This document shows, in pieces, positions 31,951-42,406 of a DNA stretch of 64,000 nucleotides. The notes below the pieces were generated by a model. That model worked only from the letters and a program-made list of their open reading frames with translations, made no database searches and was not told the DNA's origin. The stretch covers positions 3,930 through 67,929 of IMG/VR virus record IMGVR_UViG_3300034093_002316. One strand, 5' to 3'. Positions within the stretch are counted from its first letter, which is position 1. Every line of letters starts with the position of its first letter. The DNA comes from a virus. A program made the position numbers and the translations under genes.

Positions 31951-31982
31951 AAAAGCTAACCCGAAAGAGTTAGCTTTTTTTT
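31951..31982 (+). terminator. Rho-independent terminator (likely bidirectional)
   Basis: aaaagctaac-ccgaaaga-gttagctttttt hairpin between convergent genes. Confidence 0.8.
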
Positions 31983-31998
31983 ATGTTTGATATTTCGA

Positions 31999-32553
31999 TT
32001 ACGGTATCGTACACATAGGACAATCTAAAGATGTATCATTTTCATCATATGATAAAGTAGTCCAAATGCCATCTAGTTTTTCAATAAAAATCATATGATA
32101 TATATAAGTACATCCTTGATATTTAGTCATATGAAATTCTACAATTTCAATTGATTTTATACCATCTCGATTAATATCGAAATGAATCTTTTGCAAAAGA
32201 TGATGCGAGTCATTTAACAACCAACCAATTGGAGCTTTGTCTTCTGTTAAAATTTTATCTTTAACATATTCAGTACCGGTTGATATAATTAAATTAGTAT
32301 CTGGAATTGTTTGCAAGTTTCCATCATTCCATTTAATAAAACGATCGTACGATTCAATCATTCCATTTTTAGTGTCGATGTCAGAAATAACATTAATTCG
32401 ATTTGTAGACATAATATATCTAGTTTGCAAACCGGTATAATCAATTCCATATTTATCCAACAATTTATTTTGAGATTGAGTTAGTGATGTATAACACTGC
32501 GCATTGCCAATTGAAGAAAATGCAATCGTAACAATAAAAATTAACTTTTTCAT
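31999..32553 (-). CDS. Exported hypothetical protein
   Basis: Signal peptide MKKLIFIVTIAFSSIGNAQ. Confidence 0.6.
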   Translation of the reverse strand: MKKLIFIVTIAFSSIGNAQCYTSLTQSQNKLLDKYGIDYTGLQTRYIMSTNRINVISDIDTKNGMIESYDRFIKWNDGNLQTIPDTNLIISTGTEYVKDKILTEDKAPIGWLLNDSHHLLQKIHFDINRDGIKSIEIVEFHMTKYQGCTYIYHMIFIEKLDGIWTTLSYDENDTSLDCPMCTIP

Positions 32554-32675
32554 AGCCGTAAAATTTAAATGAATAACTCTCTTATTATACTATAAATATA
32601 ATGATTATTTCGATTGTTTCCTAATTTATATAAAAAAACGTAACAGATATTTATTATAAATAATACTACATCATT

Positions 32676-34679
32676 ATGGCAAAAAATATCAAGCTAAAAG
32701 ATTTATTAAATGAGCAAGATCCTAGAATTGCTGGATATAAGACTCCTTCGGATAGATATCTTAGTAAAACTGGACCTGATGCACAAGGAAATTATCAAAT
32801 CGATCCTAGATTAGCTAAAGTAACTGCGGCCGCAACGGCTCGTGATTCTACAAACGTAGTACCAGCAAAATTACCAAAAGCTGCCATAGAACGTACTTGG
32901 ATAGATGATATTGAAGATGTTGCACAAACTATACATGATGAACACGGATATCTTTACGATGATGAAGCTACAGCATTAAAAGCTATTAAAACTGTAAAAG
33001 ATTTGGAACAATGGGAATACTTAGAACAGTATTTTGAAGATACTTATTTAAAACCATTGAATGAATATTTAAACTATTTTTTAAATAATGAACCAGTACG
33101 TAAAGATTTTGAAAACTGGCTGAAATCTAGAACATGGATGCCAGAAGATGTTAAGAAAAAATACATCGAAGCTATTAGTTTTGCAGAATTCGAACCTAGA
33201 GTCTTTGGCCCAGGAGGTATTGGTCAAGCAATGTGGCAAAACTTTGGCAAACCTACGGTAACATTGGATGATATTCATGAAATAATAAATGAAATAGCAT
33301 TCTGGGGCATGTTTATACCTGTAGTAGGATGGTTTGTGTCTGCAGGATTTTCCGTATTAAGTGGAGTAATGTATGCTGCAAAAGGCGATTTATACAATGC
33401 CGGAATGCAAGGAGTATTTGCAATGCTTCCAGGCGTTCCTGGATTGATATCAAAATTAGCTAAGTCCGGCGTAAAAATAACTCAAACTGGAGTTAAACAA
33501 TTATCTAGTAAATTAAGTACCATGTCTAAAGGCATGGATATCGCATTAACTGGAACTGAAATTGCAGCAATAAAAGCTTTAAATTCACCAGCTGTACAAC
33601 AAGAAATAGTCGGAGCGTTTGCAAAAGATCTTTCAAAGCAATTGGCAAATCCATCCGGAGCTTCTAAATTTATAAATGCATTTAAAACTTCAACAAAAGC
33701 CGCAAAAACTAAATTAATTGGAGGACTTACTAAGGCTTCTTCAAATCCATATGTACAAAAAGTACTTAATTTTGTATATGAAAATGCAGCCATGATGGGT
33801 GCATATACAGCAGCCGATAAAGCTCTTCGAATAGCAAATCGAGTAACTGATACGGAAATGAAAACATTGTTTCAAAATGCGTCTAACGAATTAGCTGATT
33901 ATTTTAGATACAACGTAAAAATTACCGGCCGCGGCATAAAACTTGAAAATGCCAATACAAATTTAAAATTAACTAGCATACTAGCAGTCAACAATGTAAC
34001 AACGTTACATGAACAAAAAGAATGGAGTTACGATGATGCAGTAAACAAAGCTAAAAAAGATCGTGCTGCGGCAAAGGCAGAAGAAAGTATTGTTGGTATA
34101 GATGATATAATATATTGGGGCACATTTGCGGCATATGGCATAGGAGCGTATGTTACATATAAAGCTGGAAAAGGACTTTTAAAATCATTGTTAGGGGCTA
34201 GTGCTAAACAAGGATGGGGGTTATTATGGGAAAATGGATTCAACTTCAAAAAATGGAGAGATGCCCTAACTAGTAAAAAAGGTATAGCTGCTTTAGAAAA
34301 ATATGGCATCACGTTAACTAAAACGGAATTTGAAAACATGACACGCGCGTGTGTGGTAAGATCACAAGCAGAAATTGATTTAGTATTAAGCCGCGTAAGA
34401 TCAGGAGAATTAAATCCAAAAGAAGCAATTAAACTGTTACGTAATTTAACTCCAGAAACTTTAGAAAAAGAATATTTAGCTTTATACGATATATACAAAA
34501 CATCGACACCAAAAGCGACTGCAGCAACACCTACCGCAACTGGCGCGCCAGCCGGTGCCACCGCTGCAGCTGCAACTCCAAAAGGTATGCCAACGGGAAC
34601 AAAATTATCGATTAGTCAAGCAGCAGCATTTAGACAAAATCCTAATTTAACTTGGAGACAATTAAGAGATAATTATTAA
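32676..34679 (+). CDS. Putative ejected/internal virion protein with hydrophobic segments
   Basis: MAKNIKLKDLLNE leader, late promoter at 32647, hydrophobic helices, Ala-rich C-terminus. Confidence 0.55.
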   Translation: MAKNIKLKDLLNEQDPRIAGYKTPSDRYLSKTGPDAQGNYQIDPRLAKVTAAATARDSTNVVPAKLPKAAIERTWIDDIEDVAQTIHDEHGYLYDDEATALKAIKTVKDLEQWEYLEQYFEDTYLKPLNEYLNYFLNNEPVRKDFENWLKSRTWMPEDVKKKYIEAISFAEFEPRVFGPGGIGQAMWQNFGKPTVTLDDIHEIINEIAFWGMFIPVVGWFVSAGFSVLSGVMYAAKGDLYNAGMQGVFAMLPGVPGLISKLAKSGVKITQTGVKQLSSKLSTMSKGMDIALTGTEIAAIKALNSPAVQQEIVGAFAKDLSKQLANPSGASKFINAFKTSTKAAKTKLIGGLTKASSNPYVQKVLNFVYENAAMMGAYTAADKALRIANRVTDTEMKTLFQNASNELADYFRYNVKITGRGIKLENANTNLKLTSILAVNNVTTLHEQKEWSYDDAVNKAKKDRAAAKAEESIVGIDDIIYWGTFAAYGIGAYVTYKAGKGLLKSLLGASAKQGWGLLWENGFNFKKWRDALTSKKGIAALEKYGITLTKTEFENMTRACVVRSQAEIDLVLSRVRSGELNPKEAIKLLRNLTPETLEKEYLALYDIYKTSTPKATAATPTATGAPAGATAAAATPKGMPTGTKLSISQAAAFRQNPNLTWRQLRDNY

Positions 34680-35245
34680 TCTCGTTTAACGAAACCATTC
34701 AAAAAGTCTCGTTGTCGTTGTATAGCATCTTCTAACGTAGGTTTTGCAGCGTGTTTTCGTTTTTTTGAATTGTCTGGGTTAGTTCTGACAGAGCTAGGTG
34801 GTACATCATCCGTAATGCCGTTTCGTGATTTTCTAGTTTTAGTATCCGGGCAGTTATTATTTGCATTGCTTGTTCTGCTGTCTGTATTGTTAATTGCGCT
34901 TGTAATTGTTGGCCTTCTGTAGTTTTTAGAAATGCGTTCATTTTCTTTGATTTCTGCAATTCGTCGTTGGATTTCATCGTTTCCAAGTTCTCGGGTGTCT
35001 TCGTAATAGATATATCCGACATGATAATCGGTTTTGACGTTTTGAATTTGTATACCACACGGATAACGAACCCCTTCACATGATTCCACAGTATATTGAA
35101 CGCCCCACGAGTTTTGTTTTGTTTTCGTAACATAACCATATTGTTTTTGTCCCATCCAAAAAAAGAAAACCGCATCTCCTGGTTGAAATTGCGGTTTATT
35201 GAATTTTGCTTGTATTTTATCGGAAACTTTTTGTTTTTTTGCCAT
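34676..35245 (-). CDS. Hypothetical protein (SH3-like N-terminus, disordered C-terminus)
   Basis: FQPGDAVFF..YGYV pattern. Confidence 0.5.
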   Translation of the reverse strand: MAKKQKVSDKIQAKFNKPQFQPGDAVFFFWMGQKQYGYVTKTKQNSWGVQYTVESCEGVRYPCGIQIQNVKTDYHVGYIYYEDTRELGNDEIQRRIAEIKENERISKNYRRPTITSAINNTDSRTSNANNNCPDTKTRKSRNGITDDVPPSSVRTNPDNSKKRKHAAKPTLEDAIQRQRDFLNGFVKRD

Positions 35246-35251
35246 TAATGC

Positions 35252-35689
35252 TTAATTAGTGCATATTCCTACGTAAAAATCTATGATGCGAAATATCCGT
35301 AGATATCTAGTAATTTTGTCTTTCCGGAATGATTTTTCCATCATGATGTCTCTTCGAAGAATGTATCCAGATTCAACAAATTTATAAATTACATGACGCA
35401 TTGCTTTGAGACTATTAGATTCAATCATAATATTTTCATCGTCAATCATTATATCGACGCGGTCTACATCTTGCATCGAATCGTCATATGAAATAATAGG
35501 ATGAGATTCTTCTTCAATTATGTATTGTTTAACCGAATCAAAAAATGTGCTTAAATCTAATCCGCTTTGTTTAGTTTGTTCCGAATCATAAATATCAAAT
35601 AAATATTTAACTTGATCGGCACGATTTAAAGTCAAATAATATTGATATTCTGAATAATTTACATGTATATAAGAGAATAATGTTTTCAT
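35252..35689 (-). CDS. Hypothetical protein (start probably MKTLFS)
   Basis: ORF track; the upstream extension looks non-coding. Confidence 0.55.
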   Translation of the reverse strand: MKTLFSYIHVNYSEYQYYLTLNRADQVKYLFDIYDSEQTKQSGLDLSTFFDSVKQYIIEEESHPIISYDDSMQDVDRVDIMIDDENIMIESNSLKAMRHVIYKFVESGYILRRDIMMEKSFRKDKITRYLRIFRIIDFYVGICTN

Positions 35690-35856
35690 AGCGTTACTCT
35701 TTGTATTGTAAATAAATCTAGAATTTGCGTTTCGTTTAATCGTTTTATAATAGCTATTTTCGCAACGGCATCGTCTAAACACGTTGCACGAACAGATCCT
35801 AATACTTCTTGTTTAGAATCTGTTTTATATGCGTATGTATAGATGCCCATCTTTTA

Positions 35857-36243
35857 TTATAAATATAAACCTAACTCATATGCCCGCATCGAAGATGATG
35901 TAGCTTCTGACAAAGTTTCGCTTAATTTTCTTAGTTCGTGACGTTTCAAAGAAAATGTTTGAGATTTTATACGTACATCATATGAATCATTTTTTGATCC
36001 GTGGATATACGCTTCATCCATAATTGTTTTAACGGATTTAGAATAATTAACTAAATCTTTGTACAACATGTTAATTTTTTGATTGTATATGAATAATTCT
36101 CCAATTGAAGTATTCATTGGGTCAGTTTTAAAATTTTCTTCTGAAATTTTTTCAGCAAATACAAAATCCAATGTAGACCAAATAGTGCCATATTTTTCTT
36201 GATATTTTTCACTGATTGCCCACGGATGATTGATACTTTTCAT
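35857..36243 (-). CDS. Hypothetical protein
   Basis: ORF coupled to the methyltransferase gene. Confidence 0.55.
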   Translation of the reverse strand: MKSINHPWAISEKYQEKYGTIWSTLDFVFAEKISEENFKTDPMNTSIGELFIYNQKINMLYKDLVNYSKSVKTIMDEAYIHGSKNDSYDVRIKSQTFSLKRHELRKLSETLSEATSSSMRAYELGLYL

Positions 36244-36247
36244 GTTA

Positions 36248-36910
36248 TTAATGTTTATAAATTGTTACTGTGTATATGTCTTTTGAATAATTGTGTCGTA
36301 TATTAACAAATTGATACTTTTCTAATAGCATATCCATTATCAATCCAGGATGCACGTAGAAGAAGCCTTCATGTATGTTATTGTTGATTGGCGATAACAA
36401 ATTGAAAGTAACGGCGTGATTTGCAGCTTGATACATTTTTTCTATATCCGTAAATAGTTTTTGTAAATCCGCATCTTCATCTTCGCATTTTCTTTGTGTG
36501 AAATATCCGGATGCTACAACCCAATCATGCACAGGTAATTCAAAGTTTTCAAATGACCCAATTTGTATGTCTAAATCGTATTTTTGTTTAGCTAAATCTG
36601 CCATTATGGGATTATGATCCAATCCAGTATATGCAAATACATGATCATGAATTTCAGCCAAATATCCGTAAAGATCGCCTCTTCCACATCCTATATCCAA
36701 AACGGTAAATGTAGTAGCATCTAGCCCCATTATTAAGTTTTGAAACAAGAAATTTTGTTCAGCGGTGCTATTGTATCCAACAACAGTTGGGCTATATAAC
36801 ATGTAATCTGGATCTGTTCCTGCTTTTAACGAATCTCGCCTAGAATATTCAGGATCATCGCCATATACGATTTTTTGTATTTTAGTTTGTAGTGCTTTTA
36901 AGGCATTCAT
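36248..36910 (-). CDS. Class I SAM-dependent methyltransferase
   Basis: VLDIGCGRGDLY, YTGLD, DWVVASG. Confidence 0.85.
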   Translation of the reverse strand: MNALKALQTKIQKIVYGDDPEYSRRDSLKAGTDPDYMLYSPTVVGYNSTAEQNFLFQNLIMGLDATTFTVLDIGCGRGDLYGYLAEIHDHVFAYTGLDHNPIMADLAKQKYDLDIQIGSFENFELPVHDWVVASGYFTQRKCEDEDADLQKLFTDIEKMYQAANHAVTFNLLSPINNNIHEGFFYVHPGLIMDMLLEKYQFVNIRHNYSKDIYTVTIYKH

Positions 36911-36974
36911 AGAACTTTGATATAAAAGATATAATTTAGATTAAATAAGTTCATTACATGTTTGTTTTTGGGGC

Positions 36975-37250
36975 TCATGCTCTAACAATTGGCAATTGAT
37001 TATTTTCAAACAATGTAGAATAATTCATAGTAGGCGTTATGATGCCAGAATCACAAAGTTTTTCGGTTAAATCTTTGTTAATGAACGTTTTCTTGGTTTT
37101 TGAAGTATTTATCATGGTCATTGCAGATCTATTCTCAAACAAGATATCATACATTGTAGATTTATTGACGATAAACTTGTCTAAAATGATAGCTACATGA
37201 TTAACGCCTTCATGTGATACGATAACGGGAGTTCCAACTTTGTAAGACAT
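36975..37250 (-). CDS. Hypothetical protein
   Basis: ORF coupled to 37250..37459. Confidence 0.55.
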   Translation of the reverse strand: MSYKVGTPVIVSHEGVNHVAIILDKFIVNKSTMYDILFENRSAMTMINTSKTKKTFINKDLTEKLCDSGIITPTMNYSTLFENNQLPIVRA

Positions 37251-37459
37251 TATTCTAGAATTTTAATGATTTTACTTGCATTAACTGCTTTCACTTCGAA
37301 GTCAAAATTGTAGCCTTGAAAGTCTTTAACTACTTTAGCTTCTGCCTCTGTTACGGACATTGCTTCTACTAGATAAGTTTCGGTGACTTTTTTCTCTTTT
37401 GTACCTTTTGGGGTATCAAATTCTTGTGTTAATTGTACTTTTGCTGTGTAATAACTCAT
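37250..37459 (-). CDS. DUF4494-like protein (Bacteroidota family)
   Basis: KKVTETYLVEAMSVTEAEA..FEVKAV..SKI pattern. Confidence 0.75.
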   Translation of the reverse strand: MSYYTAKVQLTQEFDTPKGTKEKKVTETYLVEAMSVTEAEAKVVKDFQGYNFDFEVKAVNASKIIKILE

Positions 37460-37533
37460 TTTTTAATTTATTAAGGTTTATAACTTATTATAAATATAAT
37501 AAAATAAATTGAATAATCAAATATTTGTTCAAT

Positions 37534-38331
37534 TTATCTTTTTATGAATTCTTGTAAAGATTTTTTCTTTTTGTAGTGGTCAAATGACTTACGTATCTCT
37601 GCTGGCTTCATTTTTAATGAAGTTTGAAGTGCATAAATTACGTCAATTATCATGTCGATGCGTTCCGAAGCAGTTTTTGGTGCATTTTTCATGCGATTAA
37701 TGATTTTTTTCAAATCTTTTAAATACTCTGTAGGTACTTCGTCGATAATTTTTACTGTTTTTTTGATTTTTTCAGATTTTTCTGATGATTTTGATTTAGA
37801 CTTACCTTCAACAAGCAAATTTTGTGCAATTATTGCAGATTCTCGCAAAACGTCGCCATATTTTACTACCCAAGCTAGTTCTGGACCTGGTCCTCCGGGG
37901 GGTGGAGCTCCGCCTTCTGCACCTCCACCTTTGCCTTTTTCAATTTTTTCTTTGTCAGCAGCGCCTAAACCTTTAACATCATCCAAGCTAAGCTGTAATT
38001 CTATGGTGTAATCGTTATTACGACCCCATCCAGTATAAGGAACTAGTTTGATTACTTCTTGTCTTAACAAATTTAGCAATATTCCTGGATTCAAATTGAA
38101 TTCTTTGCCGCTTCTAGCTAGAAATTCGCGTATGCCGATATCAGAAATGGAATAAATGACGCCCAGATGCGTGCTACCATAGGCATCAAATTTTCCTAAA
38201 AACTTTTCTTCTGCTGGAGTAAACAACGAATCAACGGCATCTTTACTAGCATTGTCAGTTTCTAACTCCGATTGTTCTCGAAGCATCAATTTTAATGTAG
38301 TTTCTACTCGTTGATTCAATGTTTTTTTCAT
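37534..38331 (-). CDS. Hypothetical protein, possibly head-associated
   Basis: LKLMLRE near the N-terminus; Gly/Pro linker; further L-x-E sites. Confidence 0.5.
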   Translation of the reverse strand: MKKTLNQRVETTLKLMLREQSELETDNASKDAVDSLFTPAEEKFLGKFDAYGSTHLGVIYSISDIGIREFLARSGKEFNLNPGILLNLLRQEVIKLVPYTGWGRNNDYTIELQLSLDDVKGLGAADKEKIEKGKGGGAEGGAPPPGGPGPELAWVVKYGDVLRESAIIAQNLLVEGKSKSKSSEKSEKIKKTVKIIDEVPTEYLKDLKKIINRMKNAPKTASERIDMIIDVIYALQTSLKMKPAEIRKSFDHYKKKKSLQEFIKR

Positions 38332-38332
38332 G

Positions 38333-38518
38333 TTACAATGCTTTAGTTTCAGCTAATTGAGTTGAACGATATTTCGTTGCCAATTTTTTCATTTCGTTGA
38401 TAGACTTTCTAGCTATAACTCCTGCTTTCTTAACTCCTTTTGCTTGAAATCTTTCATGGTTTTCTTTAAATGTTAACCAATGTGATTCCAATACTTCGTA
38501 AATTTCTTGTGATGTCAT
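38333..38518 (-). CDS. Histone H1-like Hc1 (Bacteroidota-type) small basic protein
   Basis: KGVKKAGVIARKSINEMKKLATKYR resembles the KGNKAAGTRARKASLELEK motif. Confidence 0.65.
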   Translation of the reverse strand: MTSQEIYEVLESHWLTFKENHERFQAKGVKKAGVIARKSINEMKKLATKYRSTQLAETKAL

Positions 38519-38547
38519 ATTAACCTTTTTTATTTATTATAAATATG

Positions 38548-38742
38548 TTACTGTACAAAACGGTCCATAAATGCATTTATGTTTTGATCAGAAACTTTTA
38601 ATGTAGTGTAACCATCTAATTCCATGTAAATGATATTGTCATGTTGATATATTTGTTGTATGCACGCACAATTAACATAACGTTGTTCAATAACGTCGTT
38701 AGCTGTTATAACATTAACCAATATAAACATGTTATGTTTCAT
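38548..38742 (-). CDS. Hypothetical protein
   Basis: Coupled ORF. Confidence 0.5.
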   Translation of the reverse strand: MKHNMFILVNVITANDVIEQRYVNCACIQQIYQHDNIIYMELDGYTTLKVSDQNINAFMDRFVQ

Positions 38743-39338
38743 TAATCACCGGTCCATTTACCACCCATGTAACCTTTAGATGGACTTCCTCCTGGCATAC
38801 TGTAAGGATCCATTCCGGTACCGCTACTAATATCAACATCTAATTTAGGCGCATCTTCAATATCTTTAAAATTGATTCGAACACCTCGTTCGATTAATTC
38901 TGCAATAACTTTTGCTATGTAATATTGAGACGGATTTCCTTGTTCTAAAAATTTGATTACTCCATCAACAGACTGTCGTGCTTCCGGATATAATATTCCA
39001 GATCCTAATTTAGTTCTATTAGTTTTCATCCACTCTGCTAATTTAGATTTTGATACTCTTTTTGGTAAAGCAAAATCCGATAAGTTTATACGATTAGTTA
39101 TAGTGTCTGGAATTCGCATCCAATCCATATTCGCATATTCATCTGCAAAATCCGGTCCCATATCATCATCAGCAGATGATAATGCTACTCGACGTAATGG
39201 TTCTGGCATATTGTTCCACATTTCATTTTCGTTGTATTCTCTTAAGATACGTTTTGCACGAACTAATTCTTCTTTAAGAATTTGTACATGTTTTGGATTT
39301 TTAAAATCAAATATTTTCATGTTATTGTAGGTTTTCAA
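38742..39338 (-). CDS. Hypothetical protein (start probably MKIFDF)
   Basis: Coupled ORF; ILKEE/ILRE sites near the N-terminus. Confidence 0.55.
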   Translation of the reverse strand: MKTYNNMKIFDFKNPKHVQILKEELVRAKRILREYNENEMWNNMPEPLRRVALSSADDDMGPDFADEYANMDWMRIPDTITNRINLSDFALPKRVSKSKLAEWMKTNRTKLGSGILYPEARQSVDGVIKFLEQGNPSQYYIAKVIAELIERGVRINFKDIEDAPKLDVDISSGTGMDPYSMPGGSPSKGYMGGKWTGD

Positions 39339-39696
39339 GTTTATAAATAGTAGTATAAATCAAATCTTTGAATGCGTCCAATTGATTAATAATGTTCGTA
39401 TCTTCTTTAGGTATTTTAGTATAAGATCTATCTACATATGTTGCTAATGCTTTAAAATATTTAATTGCGGTATCTTGTCCGTATTCATCAAATTTTTCTG
39501 CCGGGACAAAACCTTTAAGTATTCCATGTTTACCTTGATATGCTTCTACTAACGCATCTAACATATCAGGAATTGCATCATAATATTTACATAAAGCTTT
39601 ATGCGCAGCAAAAGATCCCGGTCCGGTTGTTTGCCAATGGAATACGTGTGCTTGGTCTCTAGATGCCATTAGCGTTGATATTAATTTTTCAAACAT
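39322..39696 (-). CDS. Ferritin/Dps-like protein (DUF5856-like)
   Basis: HVFHWQT..SFAAHKAL..YD...D.LVEAYQG. Confidence 0.75.
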   Translation of the reverse strand: MFEKLISTLMASRDQAHVFHWQTTGPGSFAAHKALCKYYDAIPDMLDALVEAYQGKHGILKGFVPAEKFDEYGQDTAIKYFKALATYVDRSYTKIPKEDTNIINQLDAFKDLIYTTIYKLENLQ

Positions 39697-39699
39697 TGT

Positions 39700-40911
39700 T
39701 TACCTTTTTAATAGTTTTTTTAATTTTATGTTAGATATTGATTCCGTTACAGTTTCTCCGCCAGCAGCTAACACATAATTAGCTTCTTTGTTTCTTCGTT
39801 TTTTATTTACTCCACTATTATCGCCTTCACGTGCGCGAATTGCATCTGCAATTGCTTGTATGTCTTCTGACTGTGCTGCGGTTTTTATAGAATTAGGCAA
39901 TGACCCGTAATTGTATGCAACAGATACTAATGCTGCAACAACTCCAGCTGGTAAATCAGCCGAATTGATAGCTCGTATCGTTTGTGGAATAAATTCGTTT
40001 TCTAAACGACGCTTTAAATCGCGCGCGGCATCGTCTTGTGTTATAACAATACTAGGCCGCACTGATCGATTGCTACCTAATCGTATAACATCACCATCTG
40101 CTGTAGTTATTGTACTACTACCATGTCCAATTCTCCAAGCATTAACGTCCCATCCTGGTTCTGCAGAAAATCCTTCAAACCTAGCTAATAAACGAGTTGC
40201 TTGATTTTCCAAACTGTCTGAAAAATTTGCTCCCGATACTATATCCGAAGTGTCAACAAATATTGGTTTAGATAAAGATATTTTTTTCGTTTTTGTTTTT
40301 AACTTCGCATCTATAGGTTCGATATCGTAATCTTTAACAAGTTTATACCATTTATCTGATAATTCTTGATGTCCATTTGAATTTAATTCAGTACCATCAC
40401 TTTCAAAATATGATGAATTAAATTCGGATAAATCAATTACATCGTCGGTAATACGTTGCGACGCAACCCATTCCGATAATTCTTGTAATTCTTGTAATTC
40501 GGAATCGTCTGCAGAATCTATATCCATTGAAATAGGATTGGTTATTGCAATAACTTTGTTTACGTGTTGTTTTGCAAATTTAAATATTTCTTCAAGAATC
40601 CTAGTAGTTCTACTTACGTTTTTATTTATTGAATTGCTAACCATGATGCTAACTACATCATATTTATCTAATTCTATAGCACGTCTTACCGTTTTAGCTA
40701 AATCTATAACATCCATGTTAGCTTTTGCTACAATATCTCCGGTTACATATTCAGCTTCTAATAAATTGTTAGCATAGCTAATATCATCTCCAGTTTGTTC
40801 GTCACCGATAAACAATACATTGACTTTTTGGTTAGTATCATTTCCGGATAATACATCTGCTAACGGAGTTTCGTTAATGTCAGATTCTAATATTTGTTTT
40901 AAACGTATCAT
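39700..40911 (-). CDS. Two-domain protein: SGNH-like domain plus lysozyme (GH24-like), with MIRLKQILE leader
   Basis: VLFIGD and DG.ELN..GH (degenerate SGNH); FEGF..W.D..WRIGHG, ALVSVAYNYG, RRNKEA lysozyme motifs. Confidence 0.75.
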   Translation of the reverse strand: MIRLKQILESDINETPLADVLSGNDTNQKVNVLFIGDEQTGDDISYANNLLEAEYVTGDIVAKANMDVIDLAKTVRRAIELDKYDVVSIMVSNSINKNVSRTTRILEEIFKFAKQHVNKVIAITNPISMDIDSADDSELQELQELSEWVASQRITDDVIDLSEFNSSYFESDGTELNSNGHQELSDKWYKLVKDYDIEPIDAKLKTKTKKISLSKPIFVDTSDIVSGANFSDSLENQATRLLARFEGFSAEPGWDVNAWRIGHGSSTITTADGDVIRLGSNRSVRPSIVITQDDAARDLKRRLENEFIPQTIRAINSADLPAGVVAALVSVAYNYGSLPNSIKTAAQSEDIQAIADAIRAREGDNSGVNKKRRNKEANYVLAAGGETVTESISNIKLKKLLKR

Positions 40912-41054
40912 CTGCCTTGTGCTACATATGGTTTAACGTAATTAGTCGCATTTTTGCTAGCACTTCTTTTAGTTTTAGCATGAATACCTGGTCTTTTTAC
41001 CTTTGATTTTTTAATGTGTACTTTTACGTTGTTTGTTTTAGTTTTTGCTGCCAT
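40908..41054 (-). CDS. Small highly basic protein (48 aa, not in ORF track)
   Basis: Manual translation MAAKTKTNNVKVHIKKSKVKRPGIHAKTKRSASKNATNYVKPYVAQGR; ATGA overlap with the next gene. Confidence 0.7.
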   Translation of the reverse strand: MAAKTKTNNVKVHIKKSKVKRPGIHAKTKRSASKNATNYVKPYVAQGR

Positions 41055-41187
41055 TACATTTTCCTTTTGTTATAACATGGTAACTAATTGAAAAACGTAA
41101 CTATTTAATATAAATATCAAACAATAAAAAAACCTGATGCTTTCACACCAGGTCCTAACTATATTCGCCTAAGGTAGCAGACGTTCT

Positions 41188-41919
41188 TTATTTTTTAAAT
41201 GTTTCTCGCAAAATGTAATCGTTGCCTTTAAGATTTCGAAGGATTCTATCTTCTAAAGGAAGTGTGCGCATTTCTTGTAATCCGCCTTTTGTAATTAAAG
41301 AGGATTCGTTTTTATGCATCTTGTCTTTGATTGAATCAATTTGATCGTCAATGTGTTGCAAAGCTTCTCCGTAATAATCGGCTACTGGTCCTCCTTCCGG
41401 TTCAGCTTCTTGTTCCATATCAAACTCAATTTGTTTGCGTTGTGCTTTAAGTGCCGCTAATTTTTCACGATAAAAATCGCTAGGAGCTTTTTCTGAAGAT
41501 TTGCTAGAGTTAGGCATGTTACTTGATTTCGTACCAGTTGCCATTTGTGAAGTGTTAAATTGACGTTGCCATCTTTGTTGAGGCGTATTCCAACGTGCAT
41601 CAATCTCTTCATCGGACAATTCATTGATAGATTCATTTTTAGCTTTTTTATCTTTAAAAGCTTTTTTCATCGATTCCTCTTCATCACCATCTCCGTCTGC
41701 ATCAATATAATCTGGTTTAGCCGATTCGTCTACTTCTTCTTCATGTTCAACTTCATCCTCAACGTCTTCAGAATCGCCGGTAAACGGCATATTCAATTCT
41801 GCTTGTTCTCGCATTTTGGCTTCATATGCTGCAGTTGTATCAGCTATGGTAGGCAAAGACCCATCTGCTTTACGTTCCCACGCAAAACCTTCAGCTAATA
41901 TGTTTTTAAGTTTTATCAC
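41188..41919 (-). CDS. Acidic putative head-internal/scaffold-like protein
   Basis: MIKLKNILAE leader; KPDYIDADGDGDEEESMKKA EF-hand-like motif; several I/L-x-E sites. Confidence 0.6.
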   Translation of the reverse strand: MIKLKNILAEGFAWERKADGSLPTIADTTAAYEAKMREQAELNMPFTGDSEDVEDEVEHEEEVDESAKPDYIDADGDGDEEESMKKAFKDKKAKNESINELSDEEIDARWNTPQQRWQRQFNTSQMATGTKSSNMPNSSKSSEKAPSDFYREKLAALKAQRKQIEFDMEQEAEPEGGPVADYYGEALQHIDDQIDSIKDKMHKNESSLITKGGLQEMRTLPLEDRILRNLKGNDYILRETFKK

Positions 41920-41953
41920 GGTTATTCCTTTTAGTATAAATATATTAACGTTA

Positions 41954-42406
41954 TCATTTTATATGTGCATCAAAGCAAAACAACTTACGCATTCGATTTA
42001 TTTCACGCGCACTTATATCAAAGTTCATGCTTAATGCATTAAGAGTTGAATCAAAATCATGTTTATCGTGTTGTTGTTTATATGCATCATGTTCTGTATC
42101 TACTAAATGTTTTGCATCAGCAATTGCATTTAATAATGCATCATAACATTGCAATACATTTTCAATCGCATTTTGAGTATCTGGAAACATGTTAACGGTT
42201 ACTTGTTTCAATTCAATTAATTTCCAACCAGAATTCAAACAGTGTTGAAACATACCTGTCGGATCTAATAAATGTTCTCCCGATGCATCGGCTGAAATTT
42301 CTCGGCTGCCGTTTGATTTGGGCAATTTAGAATTAAGCAACGTATAAGTATAACGTTGATTGGGTTGAACTTGTTTAACGGTTACGATTACATTTTGTCT
42401 TTTCAT
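41954..42406 (-). CDS. Hypothetical early protein
   Basis: Preceded by TTGACA-N17-TATCTT promoter (42435-42463). Confidence 0.6.
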   Translation of the reverse strand: MKRQNVIVTVKQVQPNQRYTYTLLNSKLPKSNGSREISADASGEHLLDPTGMFQHCLNSGWKLIELKQVTVNMFPDTQNAIENVLQCYDALLNAIADAKHLVDTEHDAYKQQHDKHDFDSTLNALSMNFDISAREINRMRKLFCFDAHIK

